Of a stretch of 64,000 bases of DNA, positions 23,401 to 36,099 are shown in pieces. A program made the position numbers and the translations under genes. Origin of the DNA: Squalus acanthias (taxonomy: Eukaryota); contig CM059433.1 in assembly GCA_030390025.1 (NCBI GenBank), forward strand, positions 19,408,001 to 19,472,000, written 5' to 3'. The notes beneath the pieces were generated by a model, which was not told the DNA's origin, did no database searches, and saw only the letters and a program-made list of their open reading frames with translations. The stretch's first letter is position 1, and the number at the start of each line of letters is the position of its first letter.

Positions 23401-26400
23401 ACGGGGCATCGGAGGGGAGGGAGAAAGAGGATTGGAGGGGAGGGGGACAGGGCATCGGAGGGGAGGGGGACAGAGGATTGGAGGGGAGTGGGTCAGGGGA
23501 TTGGAGGGGAGAGAGACAGGGGATTGGAGGGGAGAGGGACAGGGGATTGGAGGGGAGGGGGTCAGGGGATTGGAGGGGAGAGGGACAGGGGATTGGAGGG
23601 GAAGGGGACAGATGATTGGAGGGGAGGGGGACAGGGCATCGGAGGGGAGGGGGACAGGGGATTGGAGGGGAAGGGGACAGGATTGGAGGGGAGGGGGACA
23701 GGGCATCGGAGGAGAGGAGGACAGGGGATTGGAGGGGAGAGGGACAGGGCATCGGAGGGGAGGGTGACAGAGGATTGGAGGGGAGGGGGATTGGAGGGGA
23801 AGGGGACAGGATTGGAGGGGAGGGGGACAGGGCATCGGAGGGGAGGAGGACATGGGATTGGAGGGAGGGGGACAAAGGATTGGAGGGGAGGGGGACAGGG
23901 CATCGGAGGGGAGGGGGACAGAGGATTGGAGGGGAGGGGGTCAGGGGATTGGAGGGGAGAGGGATGGGATTGGAGGGGAGGGGGTCAGGGGATTGGAGGG
24001 GAGAGGGACAGGGGATTGGAGGGGAAGGGTCAGATGATTGGAAGGGAGGGGGACAGGGCATCGGAGGGGAGGGGGACAGGGGATTGGAGGGGAGAGGGAC
24101 GGCATCGGAGGGGAGGGTGACAGAGGATTGTAGGGGAGGGGGAGGGGATTGGAGGGGAGGGGGACAGAGGATTGGATGGGAGGGGGACGGGGCATTGGAG
24201 GGGAGGGGGACAGAGGATTGGAGGGGAGGGGGGAGGGGGATTGGAGGGGAGAGGGACGGGATTGGAGGGAAAGGGACAGGATTGGAGGGGAGGGGGACAG
24301 AGCATTGGAGGGGAGGGTGACAGAGGATTGGAGGGGAGGGGGAGGGGATTGGAGGGGAAGGGGACTGGAGGGGAGGGGGACAGGGCATCGGAGGGGAGGA
24401 GGACAGGGGATTGGAGGGACAGGGACAGGGCATCGGAGGGGAGGGTGACAGAGGATTGGAGGGGAGGGGGAGGGGATTGGAGGGGAAGGGGACAGGATTG
24501 GAGGGGAGGGGGACAGGGCATCGGAGGGGAGGAGGACAGGGGATTGGAGGGAGGGGGACAGGGGATTGGAGGGAGGGGGACAGAGGATTGGATGGGAGGG
24601 GGACAGGGCATCGGAGGGGAGGAGGACAGGGGATTGGAGGGGAGAGGGACAGGGCATCGGAGGGGAGGGTGACAGAGGATTGGAGGGGAGGGGGATTGGA
24701 GGGGAAGGGGACAGGATTGGAGGGGAGGGGGACAGGGCATCGGAGGGGAGGAGGACAGGGGATTGGAGGGAGGGGGACAGAGGATTGGAGGGGAGGGGGA
24801 CAGGGCATCGGAGGGGAGGGGGACAGAGGATTGGAGGGGAGGGGGTCAGGGGATTGGAGGGGAGAGGGACAGGGGATTGGAGGGGAGGGGGACAGGAGAT
24901 TGGAGAGGAGGGGGACAGGGGATTGGAGGGGAGGGGGACAGGAGAGTGGAGAGGAGGGGGACAGGAGATTGGAGAGGAAGGGGACAGGTGATCAGAGGGA
25001 GGGGGACGGGGCATCGGACGGGAGGGAGAAAGAGGATTGGGACAGGGCATCGGAAGGGAGGGGGACAGAGGATTGGAGGGGAGAGGGACAGGGGATTGGA
25101 GGGGAGGGGGTCAGGGGATTGGAGGGGAGAGGGACAGGGGATTGGAGGGGAAGAGGACAGAGGATTGGAGGGGAAGAGGACAGAGGATTGGAGGGGAGGG
25201 GGACAGGGCATCGGAGGGGAGGGGGACAGAGGATTGGAGGGGAGAGGGACAGGGGATTGGAGGGGAGGGGGTCAGGGGATTGGAGGGGAGAGGGACAGGG
25301 GATTGGAGGGGAAGAGGACAGAGGATTGGAGGGGAAGAGGACAGAGGATTGGAGGGGAGGGGGACAGGGCCTCGGAGGGGAGGGGGACAGGGGATTGGAG
25401 AGGAAGGGGACAGGATTGGAGGGGAGGGGGACAGGGCATCGGAGGGGAGGAGGACAGGGGATTGGAGGGGAGAGGGACAGGGCATCGGAGGGGAGGGTGA
25501 CAGAGGATTGGAGGGGAGGGGGATTGGAGAGGAAGGGGACAGGATTGGAGGGGAGGGGGACAGGGCATCGGAGGGGAGGAGGACAGGGGATTGGAGGGAG
25601 GGGGACAGAGGATTGGAGGGGAGGGGGACAGGGCATCGGAGGGGAGGGGGACAGAGGATTGGAGGGGAGGGGGTCAGGGGATTGGAGGGGAGAGGGACAG
25701 GGGATTGGAGGGGAGGGGAGGGGGTCAGGGGATTGGAGGGGAGAGGGACAGGGGATTGGAGGGGAAGGGTCAGAGGATTGGAGGGGAGGGGGACAGGGCA
25801 TCGGAGGGGAGGGGGACAGGGGATTGGAGGGGAGAGGGACGGCATCGGAGGGGAGGGTGACAGAGGATTGGAGGGGAGGGGGAGGGGATTGGAGGGGAGG
25901 GAGACAGAGGATTGGAGGGGCGGGGGACAGGGCATCGGAGGGGAGGGGGACAGAGGATTGGATGGGAGGGGGACGGGGCATCGGAGGGGAGGGAGACAGA
26001 GGATTGGAGGGGAGGGGGACAGGGCATCGGAGGGGAGGAGGACAGGGGATTGGAGGGGACAGGGACAGGGCATCGGAGGGGAGGGTGACAGAGGATTGGA
26101 GGGGAGGGGGAGGGGATTGGAGGGGAAGGGGACAGGATTGGAGGGGAGGGGGACAGGGCATCGGAGGGGAGGAGGACAGGGGATTGGAGGGAGGGGGACA
26201 GGGGATTGGAGGGAGGGGGACAGAGGATTGGATGGGAGGGGGACAGGGCATCGGAGGGGAGGAGGACAGGGGATTGGAGGGGAGAGGGACAGGGCATCGG
26301 AGGGGAGGGTGACAGAGGATTGGAGGGGAGGGGGATTGGAGGGGAAGGGGACAGGATTGGAGGGGAGGGGGACAGGGCATCGGAGGGGAGGAGGACAGGG

Positions 26401-29400
26401 GATTGGAGGGAGGGGGACAGAGGATTGGAGGGGAGGGGGACAGGGCATCGGAGGGGAGGGGGACAGAGGATTGGAGGGGAGGGGGTCAGGGGATTGGAGG
26501 GGAGAGGGACAGGGGATTGGAGGGGAGGGGGACAGGAGATTGGAGAGGAGGGGGACAGGGGATTGGAGGGGAGGGGGACAGGAGAGTGGAGAGGAGGGGG
26601 ACAGGAGATTGGAGAGGAAGGGGACAGGTGATCAGAGGGAGGGGGACGGGGCATCGGACGGGAGGGAGAAAGAGGATTGGGACAGGGCATCGGAAGGGAG
26701 GGGGACAGAGGATTGGAGGGGAGAGGGACAGGGGATTGGAGGGGAGGGGGTCAGGGGATTGGAGGGGAGAGGGACAGGGGATTGGAGGGGAAGAGGACAG
26801 AGGATTGGAGGGGAAGAGGACAGAGGATTGGAGGGGAGGGGGACAGGGCATCGGAGGGGAGGGGGACAGACGATTGGAGGGGAGAGGGACAGGGGATTGG
26901 AGGGGAGGGGGTCAGGGGATTGGAGGGGAGAGGGACAGGGGATTGGAGGGGAAGAGGACAGAGGATTGGAGGGGAAGAGGACAGAGGATTGGAGGGGAGG
27001 GGGACAGGGCATCGGAGGGGAGGGGGACAGGGGATTGGAGAGGAAGGGGACAGGATTGGAGGGGAGGGGGACAGGGCATCGGAGGGGAGGAGGACAGGGG
27101 ATTGGAGGGGAGAGGGACAGGGCATCGGAGGGGAGGGTGACAGAGGATTGGAGGGGAGGGGGATTGGAGAGGAAGGGGACAGGATTGGAGGGGAGGGGGA
27201 CAGGGCATCGGAGGGGAGGAGGACAGGGGATTGGAGGGAGGGGGACAGAGGATTGGAGGGGAGGGGGACAGGGCATCGGAGGGGAGGGGGACAGAGGATT
27301 GGAGGGGAGGGGGTCAGGGGATTGGAGGGGAGAGGGACAGGGGATTGGAGGGGAGGGGAGGGGGTCAGGGGATTGGAGGGGAGAGGGACAGGGGATTGGA
27401 GGGGAAGGGTCAGAGGATTGGAGGGGAGGGGGACAGGGCATCGGAGGGGAGGGGGACAGGGGATTGGAGGGGAGAGGGACGGCATCGGAGGGGAGGGTGA
27501 CAGAGGATTGGAGGGGAGGGGGAGGGGATTGGAGGGGAGGGAGACAGAGGATTGGAGGGGCGGGGGACAGGGCATCGGAGGGGAGGGGGACAGAGGATTG
27601 GATGGGAGGGGGACGGGGCATCGGAGGGGAGGGAGACAGAGGATTGGAGGGGAGGGGGACAGGGCACCGGAGGGGAGGGGGACAGGGGATTGGAGGGGAC
27701 GGGGCATCGGAGGGGAGGGAGAAAGAGGATTGGAGGGGAGGGGGACAGGGCATCGGAGGGGAGGGGGACAGAGGATTGGAGGGGAGTGGGTCAGGGGATT
27801 GGAGGGGAGAGAGACAGGGGATTGGAGGGGAGAGGGACAGGGGATTGGAGGGGAGGGGGTCAGGGGATTGGAGGGGAGAGGGACAGGGGATTGGAGGGGA
27901 AGGGGACAGATGATTGGAGGGGAGGGGGACAGGGCATCGGAGGGGAGGGGGACAGGGGATTGGAGGGGAAGGGGACAGGATTGGAGGGGAGGGGGACAGG
28001 GCATCGGAGGGGAGGAGGACAGGGGATTGGAGGGGAGAGGGACAGGGCATCGGAGGGGAGGGTGACAGAGGATTGGAGGGGAGGGGGATTGGAGGGGAAG
28101 GGGACAGGATTGGAGGGGAGGGGGACAGGGCATCGGAGGGGAGGAGGACAGGGGATTGGAGGGAGGGGGACAAAGGATTGGAGGGGAGGGGGACAGGGCA
28201 TCGGAGGGGAGGGGGACAGAGGATTGGAGGGGAGGGGGTCAGGGGATTGGAGGGGAGAGGGATGGGATTGGAGGGGAGGGGGTCAGGGGATTGGAGGGGA
28301 GAGGGACAGGGGATTGGAGGGGAAGGGGACAGATGATTGGAGGGGAGGGGGACAGGGCATCGGAGGGGAGGGGGACAGGGGATTGGAGGGGAAGGGGACA
28401 GGATTGGAGGGGAGGGGGACAGGGCATCGGAGGGGAGGAGGACAGGGGATTGGAGGGGAGAGGGACAGGGCATCGGAGGGGAGGGTGACAGAGGATTGGA
28501 GGGGAGGGGGATTGGAGGGGAAGGGGACAGGATTGGAGGGGAGGGGGACAGGGCATCGGAGGGGAGGAGGACAGGGGATTGGAGGGAGGGGGACAAAGGA
28601 TTGGAGGGGAGGGGGACAGGGCATCGGAGGGGAGGGGGACAGAGGATTGGAGGGGAGGGGGTCAGGGGATTGGAGGGGAGAGGGATGGGATTGGAGGGGA
28701 GGGGGTCAGGGGATTGGAGGGGAGAGGGACAGGGGATTGGAGGGGAAGGGTCAGATGATTGGAAGGGAGGGGGACAGGGCATCGGAGGGGAGGGGGACGG
28801 GATTGGAGGGGAGAGGGACGGCATCGGAGGGGAGGGTGACAGAGGATTGTAGGGGAGGGGGAGGGGATTGGAGGGGAGGGAGACAGAGGATTGGAGGGGC
28901 GGGGGACAGGGCATCGGAGGGGAGGGGGACAGAGGATTGGATGGGAGGGGGACGGGGCATCGGAGGGGAGGGGGACAGAGGATTGGAGGGGAGGGGGGAG
29001 GGGGTTTGGAGGGGAGAGGGACGGGATTGGAGGGGAAGGGGACAGGATTGGAGGGGAGGGGGACAGGGCATCGGAGGGGAGGGTGACAGAGGATTGGGGG
29101 GGAGGGGATTGGAGGGGAAGGGGACTGGAGGGGAGGGGGACAGGGCATCGGAGGGGAGGAGGACAGGGGATTGGAGGGGACGGGGACAGGGCATCGGAGG
29201 GGAGGGTGACAGAGGATTGGAGGGGAGGGGGAGGGGATTGGAGGGGAAGGGGACAGGATTGGAGGGGAGGGGGACAGGGCATCGGAGGGGAGGAGGACAG
29301 GGGATTGGAGGGAGGGGGACAGAGGATTGGATGGGAGGGGGACAGGGCATCGGAGGGGAGGCGGACAGGGGATTGGAGGGGATGGGGACAGGGCATCGGA

Positions 29401-29420
29401 GGGGAGGGGGTCAGGGGATC
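20497..29420. repeat. ~8.9-kb G-rich purine minisatellite, base unit ~23 bp GGAG(A/G)GGAGGGGGACAGG(A/G)GATT, with variants and higher-order duplications
   Basis: Homogeneous 23-mer to ~21880, then variant units (GGGCATC, GGGTCAGG, GAAGAGG). Identical or near-identical ORF translations recur at offsets 1640, 1782, 4298 and 423 bp. Decays into G-rich sequence to ~29700. Confidence 0.97.
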
Positions 29421-29947
29421 AGAGCGAGAGAAAGGGGATCGGAGGGAGGGGAAAGGGGAATGGGAGGGGAGGGTCACAGGGGATCAGAGGCTGGTGAAGG
29501 GGATAGGGGGGAGGGGGACGGGGATTGGAGGGAGGCGGCAGGTGATCGGAGTGGGTGAGGAGCTTGGGGGGGGGCGGGGTGAAGGTCAGGAACTTTGTGG
29601 AGAGGGAACTGAGGGAGAGCACGGAAAGAACAGTGGGGAGGGGTAGAGAACATGGTCTAAAGGAGGATAGATGAGGGGGAAGAATGATCCAGATGGAAAG
29701 ACGGATCACGTTTGCTCCCTCTGTTAGACCTGGATCACGTTCTTCCAACCTTACCCCCTTTACACCTGCACCACATTCTCCCTCTCCTCCCCCCAAGACC
29801 TGGATCACGTGCTTGACCATGAACTGCAGTGAGTTGACTTCTCGGAAAGCTTGGTGCATTCGGCAAGTGACATCATTGAACTGGACAAAATCCGGAAGTC
29901 ATGACACTGTCACTATTCACTTCGTAATGTGAAAGGTGACCCACCCC

Positions 29948-30097
29948 CACTGTTCCCTGTAAGCTGCACGGCTGTGCAGCGATCTGGAGGTCCCGTGCAG
30001 GCCCTTTAACTGCTTTTTAATGCAAAAGATGTGCATGCGTGGTAATTTGAATGGGCCACGCAGCCCCGCACCCAAAAATAAATTAGCGGGAACATTG
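29948..30097. mobile_element. 150-bp hAT-like MITE
   Basis: Ends cactgttccctgtaa / ttagcgggaacattg; flanking ccaccccc duplication; same family as 3309-3457. Confidence 0.7.
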
Positions 30098-30629
30098 CCA
30101 CCCCCATGCTTTCTACCCAATAAACCTGTTAACAATCTGTGACCCACACAATGCCCCATCAGTTACCGCAGCCCTCACCCAGAGTGTTTAGTTTGACGGA
30201 GTGATTAGCGACAGTGTGGGTACTGCTGATTTCCATCAACCCGATGATGTTATCCAGCGCATGTGCCGGGCCACTCAATGACGTCATTCTCAGCGCGTGC
30301 TAAAAATCTACGGCTCTGCTAGTGATGTCACTTGCAATGATGCCACCTTCACCTGTTCTCGTTGAATGAAATGCGCCTCACTGAACCACTGCAGCTCAAA
30401 TTATGTAAAATAGTCGCTGCTGTGGGTTGACCCTGCTTGCAGAGCTCCTGTGGCAATGCTCACATGAGTCAAAGGAGACACCAAAGTGTAACGTATGATC
30501 TGTGTAAATGTGACCACTGCAGTGAAGTGTGTGCAATGCACAAGACTTATAATGTACTAGTCAATCTCCTGCAGTTAGCAGGTGGCGCACACGGTACCCA
30601 TGAGAATATGGTCACTCTTTTACCTGCTG

Positions 30630-31392
30630 CTATCCACTTTGGTAGAAAAAACAGAAAGGCAGAGTATTTCCTAAATGGTGACAGATTGGGGAATGCAGAT
30701 GCTCAAAGGGACCTGGGTGTCCTTGTACATGAGTAGGAAGGTAAATGGTATGCTGGCCTTCATTACAAGAGGATTTGAGTACAGGAGTAAAGAAGTCTTA
30801 CTCCAATTATATAGGGCCTTGGTGAGACCACACCTGGAGTACTGTGTACAATTTTGGTCTTCTTACCTAAGGAAGGATATACTTGCCATAGAGGGAGTGC
30901 AACGAAGGTTCACGAGATTGATTCCTGGGATGGTGGGACTGTCGTATGAGAAGAGATTGAGTAAACTAGGCCTGTATTCTCTTGAATTCAGAAGAATGAG
31001 AGGGGATCTCATTGAAGCATACAAAATTATTACAGGGCTTGATAGGGTGGATGCTGGGAGAATGTTTCCCTTAGCTGGGGAGTCTAGAACCAGGGGCCAC
31101 AGCCTCAAGATAAAGGGTAGGCCATTCAGGACTGAGATGAGAAGAAATTTCTTCACACAGAGGGTGGTGAATCTTTGCAATTCTCTACCCCAGAGGGCTG
31201 TGGAGGCTCAGTCATTGGGTATATTCAAAACAGAAGTCGATAGATTTCTGACTAGTAAGGGCATCAAGGGATATGGCGATAGGGCCGGTGAATGGAGTTG
31301 AGGCAGAAGATCAGCCATGATCTCATTGAATGGCGGAGCAAGCTCGAAGGGCCGAATGGCCTACTCCTGCTCCTATTTCTTATGTTCTTATG
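30630..31392 (+). mobile_element. CR1 3' fragment
   Basis: ORF 30675-31301 with LYRALVRPHLEYCVQFW and FFTQRVVNL; tail ttcttatgttcttatg. Confidence 0.92.
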
Positions 31393-33167
31393 CTTTTGTC
31401 TTCCTATTGCTGTTTCTTTGTCTCTCATCTGCTTTTGTATTTCTCTTTTTCTTCTCTGCTGCTTCTCTCCCCTTATCTTTTCTTTTACTTCTCTCTGTCA
31501 TCTTATGCTTCTCCCTATGCTGGGAGTGGGCAATTTCATGAAATGTGCTCCCAGTGCACACCAGAAACAGTGCAGCCGAATTTGTATCGCATAATGGGAT
31601 TTTTAAAAAGATTTCTTGAAAGATGCTGATTGCCTTAGCACTTTGTTTTCTAATATTTGAAGTTCGTGGCTTTGAGAGAATAGAGTCATAAATGTTTGAC
31701 AGCATAACAACTTTACAATAAAGCACAAATGTTTTGTCTATTATTCTGCCAGGTTGCTCTGGTCACAAAGATACAGTTAATAGACTACAGAAGCAAAATC
31801 ACTACTGCTATTTCTTTTGTACTGAAGGATCATATTACTCATTTGCGGAAGTACAATTGTATAGTCAGTTTATTACGTGGATAAAATGCAGCAGTTTGTA
31901 TTGTGCAACAGATTGTAGCTCATGTACTGACGGCATATAATGGGAAGCAGTGTTTAAGCCATGCTTCAAATTATATTTTGCTAGCACCTTTCTGCTCGAC
32001 TAGCCCAATGTAGCCCACATTGCAAGTGAAGCAAATGAATTGGTAGCGCATGAGCGTGAAATGGTACAGGTGGCAGGAGGAGAGAAACTAGCAGGCATTG
32101 AAATGTGGTCAGTGCTGAGTTGTGTAGTGGTTAAAGATGTAGAAAGAAAAACTGAAGAAAAGCTAATGAAGGTGAAAAGGGTTGGATCAGTAGTGACGCT
32201 TTTTTGTTGTTGCTGGGATCGCCCCCACTTGTCTGTGTTATGTTGCAAAACTAACGTAACTCAAGTGGAAAAAAAACCACTTCATATCTCCAAAGGACTT
32301 TGATGCAATTGGACAAGTATCAGAAAAGAACAAGGATAATTGCAGGACCTTAGATTCTAAAGTGTAAGGCAAGACCACAAAACTGAACTTGTCCTCACTG
32401 AAAAAAAAATAATCAATCTACGACACCATTCAGGTCTTTAAAAGGACAGAGTCAGCGCTGATAAAACAATTGGGCTCTGTGGCGTCTGTTTTTTTGGGCG
32501 CTTCGAGGCCTCCAAAAGTTTGAAAATGGCGTCCGTGATTCCAACGTGAAGTGCACCGGGCACCATTTTGGTAAAGGGCTTTGCGCGTGTGCACATAACG
32601 ACCACCAGCAGCATGCAGAGCAGGCAGATTATGACGTTAATCAGTGTGCAACGCATGTTTTGGCACCAGAGCTGCTATTTTCGAGCTCCATGCTCCAGCC
32701 TACTCCCTTTCTTAACCTTGCACAGCTGAACATGATGTTAAACGGCATGAAGAACCCCCCACCAGTGCTACTTAAAGGGATCGTGAACTACTTACAGGTT
32801 ATGATGTGGAGATGCCGGCGTTGGACTGGGGTGGACAAAAATGAGAAGTCGCACAACACCAGGTTATAGTCCAACAGATTTATTTAAAATTACAAGCTTT
32901 CGGAGCTGTCGCTCCTCCTTCAGGTAGGGTAGCTGTGAGAGAATCTCCCAGAATTCACAATATAAACACAGAAAAAATGTATTCAAATCTTTCCCTACAT
33001 CAAAGACACACTAAGAGCACAGCCAAGACAATGAGATGTGTCCCAGGGGGTCCAACGTGTCAAAACACCTGCTGGCTGCATATCCTCTCCATTTGTGTTA
33101 GGTTCTTGTGTTAGTATTTTTTTAAAAACCTGGAAAGACCGGCCATGATGTCAAGTCACGTTCTGTA

Positions 33168-33545
33168 TCATGACATGAACCCGATATCGCGATTGAGGCC
33201 ATCCTCATGAGTGCGGAACTTGGCTATCAGTTTCTGCTCTATGATTTTGCGCTGTCGTGTATCCCGAAGGCCGCCCTGGAGAACGCTTACCCGCAGATCC
33301 GAGGCTGAATGCCCCTGGCTGCTGAAGTGTTCCCCGACTGGGAGGCAACCCTCCTGCCTGGCGATTGTTGCGCGGTGTCCGTTCATACGTTGTCTCAGTG
33401 TCTGCATGGTCTCGCCGATGTACCATGCTCTGGGGCATCCTTTACTGCAACGTATCAGGTAGACAACGTTGGCCGAGTCACATGAGTATGTACCATGTAC
33501 CTGGTGGGTAGTGTCCTCACGTGTGATGATGGTATCTGTGTCCAT
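33168..33545 (-). CDS. Penelope-type GIY-YIG endonuclease domain (125-aa ORF; frame open upstream to ~33690)
   Basis: NVVYLIRC..CP.AWYIGET..LRQRMNGH..VGEHF..H..IEQKLIAKF..GLN; upstream PCHGNLCKTC linker; no RT present. Confidence 0.85.
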   Translation of the reverse strand: MDTDTIITREDTTHQVHGTYSCDSANVVYLIRCSKGCPRAWYIGETMQTLRQRMNGHRATIARQEGCLPVGEHFSSQGHSASDLRVSVLQGGLRDTRQRKIIEQKLIAKFRTHEDGLNRDIGFMS

Positions 33546-33904
33546 GATCTGGCATGTCTTGCAGAGGTTGCCGTGGCAGGGTTGTGTGGTGTCGTGGTTG
33601 CTGTTCTCCTGAAAGATGGGTAATCTGCTGCGAACGATGGTACTTTTGAGGTTAGGCGGCTGCTTGAAGGCGAGTAGTGGAGGCGTGGGGATGGCCAGGT
33701 TTTTAAAAAAAAAATACTAACACAAGAACCTAACACAAATGGAGAGGATATGCAGCCAGCAGGTGTTTTGACACGTTGGACCCCCTGGGACACATCTCAT
33801 TGTCTTGGCTGTGCTCTTAGTGTGTCTTTGATGTAGGGAAAGATTTGAATACATTTTTTCTGTGTTTATATTGTGAATTCTGGGAGATTCTCTCACAGCT
33901 ACCC

Positions 33905-33940
33905 TACCTGAAGAAGGAGCGACAGCTCCGAAAGCTTGTA
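33905..33940 (+). ncRNA. Minimal type I hammerhead ribozyme motif, core intact
   Basis: UAC-CUGAAGA-A-GGAGC-GACA-GCUCC-GAAA-GCUU-GUA. The minus-strand mirror (32891-32926) has CUGAAGG. Confidence 0.72.
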
Positions 33941-34852
33941 ATTTTAAATAAATCTGTTGGACTATAACCTGGTGTTGTGCGACTTCTCATTACTTACAGG
34001 TTAGTTGCTGGATTATTTCCTCTGGCTGCTGGTGCAATTCTACACGTTTTGGCAGCTTTTTCATACTTGTCTAACATTTCAATAGTCTACAGGGAGTGGT
34101 CTGGCTGGTGCTGAAGTATGTTTTTGGTGGGTTAAAGGCTTGTGCAGAAATCAGTTGCTTCCAGACATGGGTGGCCTAGTAGGCCTTCCTCTTGGAATTG
34201 AGCATGACTGGGAGAAAGAAGAGAGGCCACGCAGAGAAGGTCAAGCTACTAGAAGAGGGAGGAGGGGGAGAAGAGCTCTCAGCAGGAGGCCATATCCGCT
34301 GAGGGTCTTTAGGGAGCAATTCTCTTACCTGAACTTCAGCGACAACCAATGCTTGAAACGTCTATGCTTCACTAAAGAGGTCGTGACTGAAATCGGCCAA
34401 CTGCTGCAGCCACAACTCCAACTTCAGAGCAGGACATGGACCACATTGCCTGTGGCTGTCAAGGTGACCATGGCTCTGAACTTTTATGCATCTGGCTCCT
34501 TCCAGGCTGTTCCTGGAGACAGAAGCAACATCTCGCAATTTGCAGTACACTGCTGCATAAGGGTGGTCCCTGAGGCTCTCTATACAAAGAGAGGCAGCTT
34601 CATCTCATTCCCTCTTGCCAGGGACAAGCAGGCGGACCGAGCACGAGGGTTTTCCCAGATTGCAGGCTTCCCCATGGTGCAGGGTGCCATCGAGTGCACG
34701 CACATTGCTTTGCATGCTCCTCAGGTCAACTCTGCCATTTTCCTGAACTGAAAGGGATTCCACTCACTCAATGTGCAGCTAGTGTGCAACCACGGCAGCG
34801 CATCATGCAGGTCAATGTCCGGTATCCTGGCAGTAGTCATGATTCATTCATT

Positions 34853-35540
34853 AAGAATATAAGAACATAAGAATTGGTAGCAGGAGTAGGCCATACGGCC
34901 CCTCGAGCCTGCCATTCAATAAGATCATGGCTGATCTTTGACCTCGACTCTACTTTCCTGCCCTGTCCCCATATCCCTTAATTCCTCTGAGTCCAAAAAT
35001 CTATCTATCTCAGCCTTGAATATACTCAATGATTCAGCACCTACAGCACATTGGGGCAGAGAATTCCAAAGATTCACAACCCTCTGAGTGAAGAAATCCC
35101 TCCTCATCTCAGTCTTAAAAGGCTGGCCCCTTATCCTGAGACTATGCCCCCTAGTTCTAGACACTCCAGCCAGGGGAAACAATCTCTCAGCATGTACCCT
35201 GTCAATCCTCCTCAGAATCTTATATGTTTCAATGAGATCACTTCTTGTTCTTCTAAACTCCAGAGAGTATAGGCCCAATCTACTCAATCTCTCCTCAGAG
35301 GACAACCCTCTCATCCCAGGAATCAATCTAGTGAACCTTCGTTGCACCGCCTCTAAGGTAAGTATATCCTTCCTTAAATAAGGAGACCAAAACTGTGCAC
35401 AGTACTCCAGGTGTGGTCTCACAGAGCCCTGTACAATTGTAGCAAGACTTACTTACTCTTGTACTCCAACCCTCTAGCAATAAAGGCCAACATGCCATTT
35501 GCCTTCCTAATTGCTGGCTGTACCTGCATGCTAACTCTCT
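34853..35540 (-). mobile_element. CR1 3' fragment inserted in the Harbinger transposase
   Basis: ORF 34925-35422 RPHLEYCAQFWSPYL; tail taagaatataagaacataagaa. Confidence 0.92.
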
Positions 35541-35795
35541 GGGCGCAATCTTGCCAGCCCTGGGGAGGCAGGTATGGAGACGGGACTGCCAGGAAAATAG
35601 CAGAATCTGGGGGCGGGTGCCCATCCCGCCGCCAACCCGCCTCCGTGCCATCTTCCCAGGGGGCGGGTAGCCGTCCCGCGCCGGGTCCCGTCTCCTGGAG
35701 GCGGGAAGGGGATTACAGCTGGGTTGGGGCAGTGGGCAGATGTCCACCCTGACCCATCTCTGGCTGTATTCCCGCCTCAGAGGAAAATCTAACCC
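35541..35795. mobile_element. GC-rich Harbinger-like MITE fragment
   Basis: Begins gggcgcaatcttg, ends aaaatctaaccc; TIR match weak, no clear TSD. Confidence 0.4.
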
Positions 35796-36099
35796 TTGGT
35801 GTCAGCATCAAACATTCAGAAGTCACATATAATACAGCTGTAGGCTAGTGTACCATGGCAGACTGAATGGCTTGGCACAAGCATAGAGCATGATGGGATA
35901 GTTAGCATATGAAGGAACAAAGTGTACATGCAGTACAGCACAAAGAGTTAGCCGAACTCGTCTGACAGGGAGACTGAGATAAAACAGAAAAAGGACAGTC
36001 GGTGTAAAGTGCAACTAACTGCTTAAGTATAACTAACTTGATAAGTGTTAGATAAGGCTCGAATAAGTAACAGATAATATTAGAATTAGGTTTAGGTAA

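Larger units (their letters stand above)
32802..33990 (-). mobile_element. Penelope-like element: ~293-bp inverted arms (32841-33133 / 33695-33990) around a GIY-YIG endonuclease region
   Basis: 13-bp TSD tacttacaggtta (32789-32801, 33991-34003); arms nearly identical; tail at 32802-32840. Confidence 0.92.
32460..34852 (+). mobile_element. Harbinger left arm and transposase pseudogene (coding ~34168-34850), interrupted by a Penelope-like element and truncated by CR1
   Basis: LPVAVKVTMALNFYASGSFQ, AGFPMVQGAIECTHI (catalytic D appears as E), *KGFHSLNVQLVC, YPGSSHDSFI; stop at 34749. Left boundary approximate. Confidence 0.85.

Noticed and set aside
20118..29646. Dozens of long Pro/Ser-rich or Gly/Arg/Glu-rich ORFs up to 958 aa
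   Set aside because: The 23-24-bp units lack stops in most frames on both strands, and a 23-bp unit is not a codon multiple. These are satellite artefacts.
32040..32303. 87-aa ORF MVAHEREMVQV...
   Set aside because: No recognisable domain or convincing splice context.
34140..34751. Domesticated HARBI1 gene
   Set aside because: Catalytic Asp appears as Glu, there is an in-frame stop and a frameshift, and CR1 truncates it.
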